64,000 bases of DNA from Phoronis australis (lineage: Eukaryota > Animalia > Phoronida). A program made the translations under genes and the position numbers. The notes below the pieces were generated by a model that saw only the letters and a program-made list of their open reading frames with translations, was not told the DNA's origin and did no database searches. Positions within the stretch are counted from its first letter, which is position 1. Every line of letters starts with the position of its first letter. Where the stretch lies: contig NMRA01000724.1 of assembly GCA_002633005.1 (NCBI GenBank), positions 68,328 to 132,327 on the forward strand. The letters are read 5' to 3'. This document shows positions 51,694 to 63,777 of this stretch, in pieces.

Positions 51694-53459
51694 GGTATGG
51701 TCAAGAATCATTAAGTCAATGTCAATAATACTGACATGAGGATTTCAACTTTTCAGATATTTGTAGACATGTCAAACACAGTTGGATTTCAATTTGTGAC
51801 TGTCAAGAATACATACTGCAAAAGCAAGGTCATGTTGTTTCCAGTTTTGAGAAAAATCAACGTTATGGACGTGGAATATCCCGACTGACTGATCTGCCAG
51901 TCGGGATACAGCCGTGTCCTTATCAGTTTAGCAGAAGCAAACCAATGTTTACACAGTCCAGCTCTCTTATTGTCGGCTTTCATCTGATAAGCTTGTGTAA
52001 TCCAGCAGTTATGTTGTAAACAGTGTGCCTGACGCTAACCGATATTTAAAATACTGTTTCCAAATGATTTTCAACAAATTTCGTGAAGTATATGTGTTTT
52101 GCATGAAAAAAATTCAAGTGGAGAAAAATCATTGGTTGACTTTCAGAGAAATTTAACTTAACGTTCACCTGTTGATTCCTTTATATTACTGTAAGCTTTG
52201 ACCAGTTTAACCACCGTATCGTGTACCATCACAAAAGGCTTGCTTGATAAGTTTAAGGAAGCGTGATTATAGATTAGATTGTGATATTGGAAATTTCTTG
52301 ATTTTTACACTACAGGAGAATGGAACGTAATGATTTCAGCTTTGTACTCATGCTCAATGTTTCACATTTCATGTCAACTCAACTGACTCGACTCAGCTGA
52401 CTCACACTTACCCACGCCTGGGAATATTTATTGACTCTCAAGGTTTTCTTGAATTTTTCACCAATTCAAGCACATTCTCTATAACTTTCCGGAATCTACC
52501 CAGTCATTTTGCACACAATGTACTAGGCTCTAGAATCCTCCAGTGTAGGTTTTATTATTCTCTTATGTACTGGAATGTTCTCTAGTATTATATTGTAAAC
52601 AAATGACACCATCATTGGCCTTGGGTATAGTGAAATGGGTGTATCCAAACTTTCTAACATGCCGGTGGTCCTGCGTAGAGTAAAATGAAAACAGGTTTAT
52701 CGAAATTTTCTAAGACTTATCACTGCATGACGCTGGGTATAGTGAAATGAATGAAAATGGATGTAACTCCAGACATAAATTTTTGTCCGAGATTTACTAT
52801 GGGTTTGCTTAAAAGGTAGCTATGCTTTGAGATTGTGCGTAGGTTGAGAGTGAAAAATCAAATCCAGTAATTCATTTATTATATGATAACCCCTAATTAG
52901 ACAAATGAAACCTATTGTTAATTAAGTAATCAACTAAAAAGAGTAACTAAGCTAGCGCCATCTTTAAAAATTACTTTAATCAAACAACCAAAACAATCAA
53001 ATGTCTTATCTGCTATCCAAGCTAGGACTCTCCACTTGTTGGATGTCTGTCCTGTTGGTGAATCTTCGAACTACACACACTGTATAGCGACAGTGTACTT
53101 GCTGGTCATCGTCTCTGGTGATGCAACACTTGCAGGCAATTTCTTCTACCCGCGATTCTTGTTGCTGGTCACAGTCTCTGGCTGATGACGCAACACTTCA
53201 GGTAGTATCTTACTACCCACAATGCAAGTGACAAGCTCTTAGTTAACTTCCTGTTCGTAACCCTTGCCCTTGCCAAGATCCTTTCTAGAATTCCACGAGA
53301 TGGCTCTGTCTTACAGTTTCCTCTGTACACTGTAGCAAGTTTTAATCCTTCAACTACTATAGCGCATCTGATTATCTTGTTGATTTCAGCCCATAATATA
53401 ACATTCTACTTATTACTTGGCCATGTAAGTTGGTCTTCCATCAAGTTTGTTATTTTGCG

Positions 53460-56050
53460 GAATTCTTCCGCCAAGTATGTTGGTCTGACAGCAAGTTTTT
53501 TTTTGTTTGTTCGCTCTCTACAGGTCGCAATTTTCGTCCGATTTTCACGAAATTTGCACACAACGTGTAGATCGGGAAGTACTGGAACGCTATTGATACA
53601 AAATGGCGAATGTGGCAGCCATGATTTTGTATCCGTTTTCACATTCAAATATTTGTAGAGGCCGCATTTTTCGACGTACATGGCTAAAAATCAGTATGAA
53701 TATACTAGAACGCATGTGCTACAAGTGTGCAGAAAATCGTTGACGTCCGGTCAAAGATGGCGGAAATATTGGAAGTGCCGCATGCGCACCCCGAAATATG
53801 GCCAAAAACGTTTTCTCCTGTAGAGGGTGCATTTGCAAACCAATCACTTTCAAACTGGTCACGTGTTTGTTGAGTTTAATAAGCTTTAAAAAAGTATTGA
53901 ACCGGAAGTCTCTTTCAAGATGGCGGCTGTGGCGCATGTTCACACGGTTTCAATCGTTCTGGTGTCGCATTTTTAACGGGAAGAACAAATGACGTGAATT
54001 TTTGCATGTGGATTCCTTGAAGTATGGCCTTTCAAAAAGTCTGCGAAAGCGTATTTCTCAGACTTACCGTTTTCGAGTTATTTGACTTAAAATTTAAAAA
54101 AAAAACGGCAAATTTTCAATTTTTTTCGAAAAATTTTTGGATTTTTTCCAAACTACCACTTTAGATAGAGTTTTGAACGGGCTTTCAGAAGATATTTTCC
54201 ATTTTGCGCTACGACGTCTACTTTTTGAATTATTCCGAGATTTTCGGATACCGTTGTTCCTTCGGTCACCTATGCAAGCAGGCAGCTGGCTGGCTTTCAG
54301 TTCACTTTGTTTTGGTTATGCCTAGTTGACCCCAACTGACCCAGCCAGCACTGTCCTAGTGTAGGCTGTAGAATTCCAGACCAAACACTTATTGTACACA
54401 TAACTTTGCTCTGCAGACTGTCACATAGCACCACCTATTTTGGAATGTGGAAACAAAGCATGGCTCGTCCATCATGTTGCGCCATCTATTGTTCTTTATT
54501 GTAGTTGATTATATGCTCTCTATTTGATTTCTTCGCTAGTCACATGAATGTTATCGTGTTATTCATAATTGCCGCCTTGATCGTCATGATTGTCGTCGTC
54601 CTCCTCATCGTCGTCTTTTCGATTAATTCCACCAAGTGTCGCTCCTCCGAGCGCTCTTGTTTTTTTGTTTGTTCGCACGATACAGGTCGCAATTTTCGTC
54701 CAATCATCACGAAATTTACACATAACACGTAGTTCTGGAAGTACTGGAAGCCTATTATTTTTCGTCAAAATCGGATCCAAGATGGCGGCTGTGGCGGCCA
54801 TTTTGTTTTCATTTTAAGATTCAAAGGCTTCTGGAGGCTACAATTTTTTACGTACAGGTTTGAAACTCAGCACAATTAATGGACCTGATGTGCACTACAT
54901 GTATACCAGAAATTTTTTACTTCCGTTCAAAGATGGCGGAAATATTGGCATTCGCGCATGCGCACCTCGATTTCGGGAAAATAACGTTTTTTCCTGTAGA
55001 GGGGGCAACAGAGGGCCAATTCCTTTGAATTTTTGCAGTTATTAGTTTTTATGACTTGCTATTATACAAAGCCTAAAAACTGGAAGTTGCTTTCAAGATG
55101 GCGGATCTGGCGCATGTTGACCTATTTTCAGTCGTGCTGAGGTGCCATTTAAACAGGAAGAGAAAAAGACATGATTTTTTGCATGTAGATTCTCTAAGGT
55201 ATACTCTTTCAAATGGCCTGTAACAACTTTTCTCTCAGTGTCATAATATTGCACTATTCTCTGTGGACTCTACCAGTGTCTATGGACTATATTGATATAT
55301 CCTGTGTATTCAAACCATGTTTCCTGTACTAGAGAGCTTCTTCTCTCTCCCCTCTTCCGGTCTGAGCCATATTGGAATAAACCTCGTACACTGATGCTGG
55401 CTAATCTATGTTTATCTGATACCAACTACAACCATTCATATTATAACATTCAGACTTACCGTTTTCGAGATATTTGACTTTGAATTTCTAAAAAAATGCA
55501 AAATTTCATTGTTTTCAAAAAATTTACTGAATTATGTGTTACTATCAGTTTAGATAGAGTTTTGAACAGGCTTTCAGAAGATGTTTTCCTTTTTTGCTAG
55601 GACGTTTACTTTTCGAGTTATTAGAGATTTTCTAATAACGCTGTTCCTTTGTTGAGGGCTCTTGCTGCATTGATGTTGGTTTAGCTTCTGTTGAACGAGA
55701 CTGTAGCCTATTTCTTATTGATTTATGACATCTAAGTTCGTCATATGAATGTTATGATGTTGTTCATCATCTCCACCACCATCATCATATTCGTCATCTT
55801 CGTCATCATCTCCGATGTCGTCTTTTCTTCAGTTAATTTCGCCAAGTGTCCCTCAAGACTGTAGCCTATTTCTTAGTGATTTCTGACCTCTAAGTTTGTC
55901 ATATGAATGATATCATAACTTGCATTGTCCATCATCGCCACCATCGCCGTCATAGCTGTCATCTTCGTCATCATCTCTGTCGTCTTTTCTCGTCATCTCT
56001 AACATGTTTTTGGTTAATTTCGCCAAGTTTCGCTCCTCGGAGTGCTTTCA
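53460..56050. repeat. Two diverged copies of a roughly 0.8-1 kb repeat (about 53460-54260 and 54625-55650), possibly HINE-like
   Basis: Shared blocks tttgtttgttcgc..acaggtcgcaattttcgtcc, aaagatggcggaaatattgg, cagacttaccgttttcgag and ttagatagagttttgaac.ggctttcagaagat. Confidence 0.75.
55239..55448 (+). mobile_element. Solo LTR, 210 bp
   Basis: TG...CA with short TIR tgtcataatat/atattataaca, internal AATAAA (55376), flanks ctcag/ttcag; absent from the paralogous repeat copy at about 54058. Confidence 0.75.
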
Positions 56051-57035
56051 TTTAGTGATTGGCTAATAAAAACCACATGATCATATCCACTCATATTATT
56101 GGCTGTTACAATTTGTTCTCAGAATTTTCTAGAATCGCTAGAGTACTTTGACCCCAGAACCCAAAGGTGTAAACACCATCTAAAAATAGATTTTGGCGTT
56201 AAAGTACATGTCAACAAGTCTGACCCCATGATTTAAAAGTACACGTGCACAAATTTTGAGCAACTTAAAATGGATCTATTCTTACTAATTACTTAATCAA
56301 TATTTATTTTGACAATTTTATATTGCCAGTGTAACCGTTTGGAAACCGTTACTAAATGTATGATAGTTTTGACTCTGATTCTGTGTCATTTTGACTATGT
56401 TTGCTTTTCATGGTATTCAGGATTGTTGAGAACAAAGATTAATTGCAGCGCTGTCAAAATAAAATTCTCCTGCTGAACGTTCACCCTAGAACTCATGTTG
56501 ACAAACTACATGTAACATTCTCCCTTTTTTTCGAGTGCTATTTTTCTTAAATTTCGCTAGTTGCATACACCATTTTTCATGCCTCCACTCCGCAATACTT
56601 GCTTCTCATTAACTCTCGCACATCACATAAATACAACTCTCGCACTAGTGTTGGCTCACTCCAAAATCCTTTTTGTAAATATTTCGGTCAGGCTTCATTT
56701 CATCACAGCGTAACTCTAGCTTGGAATAAACCATTTATGCTCAGTTCCTAAATTCTTTGACGCGCCAAGTAACTGTCTTTTTACTCAATTAATTTTCTAC
56801 TGCTGAGAATAATATGTTTGTCTATTCTTGTTAACCCTTTATTTAACTTGTTCAAGTCTTCCGTCTAATGTTGAGTTATTTAGCCGTGCATTCAATTATT
56901 TTTTATTTTTTCATTGTTATGTATATCTTCATTTAATTATTATTTGTGTGTGTGTACATATATAGAAGATTTTCTTATTTTTACTGCCGACTGTCTGCTT
57001 TGACTTTTTATGTTATCCATGTCTTGCATTTGTTT

Positions 57036-58115
57036 TTTATGCGCCCACATATTTATATGTGGACGCATTATGCCGTCATCTCTGTCCGTCCGTCCGTCCG
57101 TCCGGGCGGCGTCCGTCCGGCGTCCGGCGTCCGCTGCTCTATCTCCAAAACCCTTTGACATACATTCATGAAATTTGGCACATATGTTCCATTCATGAAT
57201 GGGACGGCATGTGCGAACTTTCGGACGGATCCGACTACCGGTGTGCCCCCTAGTGGCAATTTTAGTTTTTTACGCTTACCTTTGTATCTTCAAAAGTATT
57301 GAACGGATTTTCATGAAATTTGGTATGTAGGCACCTATTAGTGAGATGACGCTATCCTACTGTTTTCAGATGGATTCGACGTAGTTTGCGCCACCTAGTG
57401 GCCATTTTTACTGTTTTCGAGTCTGTATTTTTGCGTCCACCCCTCTATCAACCAAACCGCTCAAAGGATGATTGTGAAAATTGGCGTGTATGTGCTTACT
57501 ATAAGGAAGACAGCTGACAATGATTTTCAGACGATTTGGACTACTGTGGCGCCTCCTAGTGGCAGTTTTGTTTTTTTGCGCCCATGGCTGTATCTCCCAA
57601 ACCGTTTGCAGGATCTTTACTAAATTTAGCAAGTGTATTTATGTGATGTTGACAACGGACGATGACGACTTTAGGATGATTCTGATTACCGGTATGCCTC
57701 TAGTGGCAATTTTAGGGTTTGCCTCTAGTGGCAATTTTAGTATTTTACATTGACCTCTGTATTTTCATAGGTCTTCAGGTGTATACTTTGTGTTACTTCG
57801 TGACTGTGAAGGAAAAGTTCCAAGTAGAAATTTGTTTCTGGCATTCTAATGCTGTGCTAATCTCGTATGTTGGTAAATTTGTTTTTAATTCTATGTTTCT
57901 GTGGTGCTTTAAGCAACTGGTGTATAGGATGTGCTTGTATTATGAAGATTACTCACATTTTGCCCCTAGCCTATTGAGGAGACAATGACCATGCCTTTCC
58001 ATTTTGCAAAGTACGCCCTCTACTGGCCACTTTATGGTACCAATAAACAACCCTAGAAGGATACCGTATGCGGTGCAATTGTGGGCGCATTTCAACGCTC
58101 CGCGTTGCTCTTGTT
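57036..58115 (+). mobile_element. Helentron/HINE (DINE-1-like) non-autonomous element
   Basis: 5' subTIR atgcgcccac with adjacent inverted repeat, (GTCC)n microsatellite, internal ctagtggc repeats, 3' subTIR gtgggcgcat, stem-loop caacgc-tcc-gcgttg and ttgtt. Related internal repeats at about 45400-46100. Confidence 0.85.
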
Positions 58116-58229
58116 ATCTTTTTGTTTTGTGTTTTTATGTTTCTGTATTTCTCTGTACTTGTTTAATTCTAATATATTTATTCTTATCATTGTTATTATC
58201 ACCCAAACTTTCTGTCAGACTGGTTTTGG

Positions 58230-58560
58230 GCGCAGTGAAATGGAAATGGGTGTACCCAAAGTTTCCAAGATTGTCAGTGGCCCTTGTATACACTGTCAGT
58301 GAAATGAAAATAGACATCAAACTATCCAAATTTTCTAAGATTTGTCACAGGCCTTGGCTACTGTGAAATAAAAACTTTCTATTATTTGTCGGTGGTCTTA
58401 GGCACAGTGAAATGGAAACTGGTGTACCCAAACTTTCTTAGAGTGTCAGCGGCCATGGGTTCACAGAAATGAAAATGGGTGTATTGAAACTTTCTGGGGT
58501 TTTGTTGATACCTTGGGTACAGTGGAATGGAAATTGTGTATCCAAAGTTGTGATATTTGT
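58230..58560. repeat. Degenerate minisatellite of about 60 bp (related copies at about 52620-52760)
   Basis: Recurrent agtgaaatggaaa..ggtgtacccaaactttc. Confidence 0.65.
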
Positions 58561-59289
58561 TAGTGGCCAAGTTTGCACAATGCGAGATCCCTCAAGAGTT
58601 GGGTTCAAACAAATAAATTTGTGTGTACCCAAAACTAGATGTCAATTCATCTTGTGAATCCCAAGGAGATCCCGATACTGAACTTTAAATTGTTCATCAA
58701 ATTTTCAGTTTGATGATAAATCTCATTCTAAATAATAGCATGTTGTAACTACAAACTGGGAACATTATTCTTGTTGTTGTTGTCACTGTTATTATTTAAG
58801 ACTTGACTCTGTAATGCTTTAAGCACAGAACCCCGCGCCCAACTATCCAACATTTCTAAGTGCCCCCCAAGTGTCAGTTGTAGCGTTTGTCTTAGAGCAA
58901 TTCCAGTCTTTGCGAAAAGGCTGTGTTAGACTGCTGTAAAGTTGTTGAATAGTTGGTTTACAAGTAAGCACTTGTTATCCACACTGGAACTCACAAATAT
59001 GCAAATTAACTCAATCCATTAATTGAACATTATGTTGCTCGTTTTATTGCGACATTGGAAATGTCACATGTGTTAGATTTAATTAACGTTTTTACGATTT
59101 CATGGAGTTTTAGGTAGATGTCTTTAGGATCATGGTATTTCTGTAGTGCCTTTCAAAATTTTAAATTCTGTGGTGACAAATGATTGTCACGCCAGCCCCT
59201 TCTTTTCAGTTCCTGTAAGTTTACAGCCAATCATGAATACATGTATTGCCTGTTAACACAGTTTGATTGTTTTTGCCTCTGTCTTCCAG

Positions 59290-59379
59290 CCACTGCTGCA
59301 ACTAAGTCTTCATCCAATGGAAAAGGACAAAGCGTGGTGATTGATCTGGCGAATACTGATCAAGAACCTCCTGAACAAG
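59290..59379 (+). CDS. TNFR gene, cytoplasmic exon (ATAATKSSSNGKGQSVVIDLANTDQEPPEQ)
   Basis: Long pyrimidine tract with cttccAG, donor G|GTATGA, 90 nt, phase 1-1. Confidence 0.7.
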
Positions 59380-59465
59380 GTATGAAGTTTCTTGTACCTC
59401 CAGAGAGATCCATTCATACTTTTTGCTGTGTTTTGAATTTGCAACGACATTGTTGTCACCCTTAA

Positions 59466-60533
59466 AGTCCTGGTCTCACACGTTGTTAACCCTTATTACA
59501 TGGTTAGAGGATGTTATAAGGATCCAAGAAGTACTTACCCCATAACTAATACAAGATCCGTACTCGAAAAAAGTTTAAATGAACGCGCCACTCACGATTC
59601 GCACCCGATGAACCACCGCCATTTTGAACTTGCCACGAACCCGGAAGTACAATTCATTCAGGAACCCAGGCTAGCCGCTAAGAAAACGCCGTCAGTGTGG
59701 ATGGACGAGTGCCTGTTACCAGCCAGCAAACAGGGATAAAATAATCAACAGCGCGCCTTAATTTTAATAAAATCAAAATACGGACAACTTTGTCGAATTT
59801 GCTGAAGAAATGTGGCAAATAAATTTTGACAGAAATTATTTTGCTAGACTCAGGACCGCAGCGTATCGGACCCGGTGCCGATCGAGACCAGACACTGGCG
59901 AACGATAAATGCATGCGGTTGCGAGCTGTTTTGTCGAAGTAAAATGCTCAAATCATAAATGCTGCATATATTCAAAGATAGTTTCAGACACTTGCATGAA
60001 ATTACGGGGTGGTTAGTCCTGTTTCACACTGCCGCGGCAGACAGCTAACCTCAGTGCCAGGTACCAGTGAAGACTATCGTCAAAATACAGCTATTTAGTA
60101 CATGTAGGTCTATACAGCTTTGCTCCAAGGCTACCCTTAGGACTAACTGGTCACTGGCCACAGCGCTCGCTCAAACGAGGCTTATTTAGCGACCACTAAC
60201 TACAAACTATAAATACACTACACACACAAATGAATCGCAAGATATTACTAATAAAACAAAAATAATGAAGACTTTTCGAGCAAGCCATAGCACACAAGGA
60301 AAAAATGGCGGTGTTCAGGACAAGTTCCTGAACTGATGAGCCGGAAATGTGGGTACGGAAATAACCGATGACAGCCGATAATTATACACTCACAGAGAAG
60401 GGACAAATGCTGTAAAAAATTGCTTTTGGCAAGAAAGGCGAAAAGAATATAAAGAAAGGGTGTCGAAAATTAGATTTTATGTAGTAAGTATTTTCGGATA
60501 CTGGAACCACATGGGCAATTTGAGAGCAGGACT
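59466..60533. mobile_element. Kolobok-type MITE, 1068 bp
   Basis: TTAA|agtcctggtctca ... tgagagcaggact|TTAA. Confidence 0.78.
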
Positions 60534-60898
60534 TTAAACTTCCTTGCTATTAAACGGTTAATAGCAATACATGCCACAATTGTATGTGAATTAATTCTCA
60601 CATTACCAAAAACAAGAAAATTGAAAGTAAGAGATTTTAATGGTATACCTATGAATGCCAGCAAATATGAGAGTAATACATGCTGATGAGCAAGAACGGG
60701 ATTGGCTACTCTCCACCGTGCTCAAAAAGTAATATAATATAGTAAGACAGTTAACAAGAAAGTCTTTGTGGTCCGGGGGAGCAATATCATATGCACGGAA
60801 GTTATTTTTGAATGTCCTGCTTATTAAATCAAGATGTTTTTGTTGTCAATTTAACAGTTTGACTTCTGGAAACAATAATGCTTTATTATTAGTTTCAG

Positions 60899-60982
60899 CA
60901 GCTCGAAGTTCTCGCCACATCACCTCAAATGATGTTGACATTCATTCCACAAAGCTGTTTGATAGGGAGCCCAGCAAAACAG
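60899..60982 (+). CDS. Probable further cytoplasmic exon of the TNFR gene (AARSSRHITSNDVDIHSTKLFDREPSKT); no stop exon identified in the window
   Basis: tttcAG acceptor, AG|GTACCA donor, 84 nt, open in phase 1-1. Confidence 0.5.
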
Positions 60983-61822
60983 GTACCAAGTCCCCAATTG
61001 TGTCATAAGTATTAACCAAATTTATTGAATCTGTCTGTCGCTATGTTTTATTCAGTACATTGGTGGTGATAAACCAACCATTAGCACGGGCAGCAGAAAA
61101 TTTACCATGGATTTTGTGGATCACTTACCACTCTTCACCAAACAAATTCTGCAGGAAGGTACATTTTAATAAATGGAAATTGAGCTACAACCGGACGACT
61201 GCACCCTTGAGTTTTCGTTTGCAGTTATCCCCTTAAAGCACTGAAAGGTGTGTAGCTGACAGTCTGTTGTTGATCAAACTCAGGAAGCTCGACAAAGCTA
61301 TCGGGATCAATTAAGGCATAGATATTTAATATGCTATTACTATTATTATAATACTAAAAATTTGCCATGTTCAATGCTTTCAGCATACACTTAAATGGTC
61401 AAATAAAAATAATAAGTTGGTTAATAACCTGACCTGACCTGATATGATATGATATGTGACCAGATAATTACTCAGTTGTTAAACATTAAAAATTTACACT
61501 GAAACTTGGTGCATTCCATCAAGCCTGTGTGACATAATATTATTTTACTGATTTTGGTTTTATGAAACCATGGGCAAGATGTTCATTTTTCTTTTCTTTA
61601 CGAATTTCACGTTTCATCCCATGGATGGATGGGTGCATGCAGTAGTCACTGATCAGTGCTAATAGCTTTCAGTTCGAAGATAGACTGGAGACTGCTGCAT
61701 GGCTGGGATGAGGCACCTCGCCTTGGCTAGTCTTGGTATGGCAAGGCCTATAAACGCTCATTCTCGTGACATGAGTCGGTGCTGCAAAGCCTTGAATTGT
61801 GGTGAATTCTTTCCAGCAACTG

Positions 61823-63777
61823 CAGGCTTTCAAGCGTTCCTACTTTTCCTACTTTTTCCCACTTTTTGGCCTGTTCCTACTTTATCCTACCTTTTTCTGA
61901 AATTCCTAACACAAACGATGCTACCAAAAGACTAATAGTAGTTGGAGAGCCAACAGGACTTCATTCAAACTTCTGATTACAGAAGGTTTGAGTTCGTAAT
62001 TCTATTGTAACTCACCTACCATTTAAGGAAAGGGGCATCTTAATTTGCACAATCCTGGACTTTGGTCCCTGGGGGTCCAAAGGAGGATCCAATAATCGTT
62101 TCAATTAAAATTTCAAGTGCAGCATCCGGTTATTGATTGAGACTCCTACTAATTAATGACCAATTAATGATTTATTTAAACTTATAAGTGCAACAAAAAC
62201 TTTTTCCAAAAGATAGTTTTAACTCTGAACAACATGTCCACAACTGAGATGCGATTTTTCATGGGTTTTGCAGATAAGACGGGGTGTTTGGACCCTAAGG
62301 GATAACAACACCCCCAGATATGAGCTTGATTTCTGCTATGGATAAAACATTTGAAAGGAACAAAACTACAACTTAAGACATAAAAAATCCTGGTGATTAA
62401 TTAAGACTCTTACTAATTAACAACCAATTAACGATTAAAGTACAACAAAAAATTCCCGGAAAATAGTTTAGCAAACGCGTTCACTGGATGTGACTATACC
62501 TCAGAGTGCATTTGTAAGGAAAGAAAGGAACAGACCATATGCAATGATCGTGGAAAAGTGACCAGTTCCAGAGAGCTTTTGCTTCAGTGAGCCACGATGT
62601 CTCAATAGAAGAAGTCATCAAAATCTTGCAAGATTTAGTTTGTGTGTTGTACGGAGCATGGAAACAAACTTGTCCCACTCAACAACTCCGGTTCAACACA
62701 GTTGACAAAACCTACAAACGAAAGTCAACACTAAGCACCCATTTGAGAAGCTTTAAAGCATCGAGGGCAGCAGTATTCCACTGTGTGAAGCTGAACTAGC
62801 ACTTCACGTGGATAGAAATGCAGTTGTTGCTAGACTACGTTTTTGTTTCGTTTTTGTTGTATTTGAGAGTAAATTGGTCATATCATCACGTGTCTTTGAA
62901 ATATTGTTTTGTCCACAGTAGTAATCAAAATTGTTGTATTTCCCCTTTTATACAAGTTTACTTTTAGGGTGTTCTTACCCCTTCGGGTCAAAACATCAAC
63001 ATCTTAAGGTGTGGATATAGTGACCAGAAATACTAAACTATCTTAATGAAAAAATATTTTTGTTGCACTTAAAAGCTTAAAGAAATCGTTAATTAGCTAT
63101 TAATTAACAAGTGTCTCAATCAATTACATAAGAGTTTTTCGGGTCATAAGTTGTATTTTTGTTCATTTGAAATAATGTTTTATCCATAGTAGTAATAAAA
63201 AATTTAGTATTTCCTCTTTTATACAAGTTCATTTTTGAGGGTCTTCTTATCCCTTCGGGTTCAAACACCCCATCTTATCTGCAAACCAGGAAAACTGTGT
63301 CTTAAGTTGTGGATATGGTGTCTAAGCTATCTTTTGGAAAAAGAATTTTTGTTGCACCTAAAATTTTAAATAAATCGTTAATTGGTTGTTGATAAGTAGA
63401 CGTTTTACTTAATAATCCTAGGGATTTATGCGTCCTTAAGTTGCATCATTTTAATTTGAGTGGTGATTTGAACGTAATAAACTTGAAACTGATGGTGCAC
63501 CCAGGATTTTAATTAAATGTGTCTTCTTTTGGACCCCTAGGGATCAAAACCCCTTTCCTTCAATGATAGTTGATGCGCAATAGAATTACTCAGTCAAACC
63601 TTTTGCACTAAAAAGAGTGAATAAAGTCCTGATGGCTCTCCAACTAATGGTGAGTACTGCCTGCCACATGAGGTGAACGTCATTGGTATGTATCGATGAA
63701 AACTACTCCTGAATGCCTGCTCTTGTTCCTACCTTTTTCTACTTTTTTACCTAAACGTAAAACTGCTTGAAAGCCTG
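61823..63777. mobile_element. hAT-like element with 6-bp TSD, hosting an Academ relic
   Basis: TIR caggctttcaagc / gcttgaaagcctg, TSD CAACTG, cctacttt subterminal repeats. Confidence 0.82.
61939..63646 (+). mobile_element. Academ transposon relic with long imperfect TIRs and an XPG-like transposase fragment (about 62474-62799)
   Basis: TAG...CTA termini (tagttggagagcca / tggctctccaacta), flanks atag/atgg, remnants AFTGCDYTS and LVCVLYG...QLRF. Confidence 0.8.

Noticed and set aside
51757-51828. Possible extra 72-nt in-frame TNFR exon
   Set aside because: Weak donor (GTCATG) and no supporting composition; not called without transcript data.
52836-53360. Possible minus-strand solo LTR
   Set aside because: Termini and TSD are too degenerate to define.
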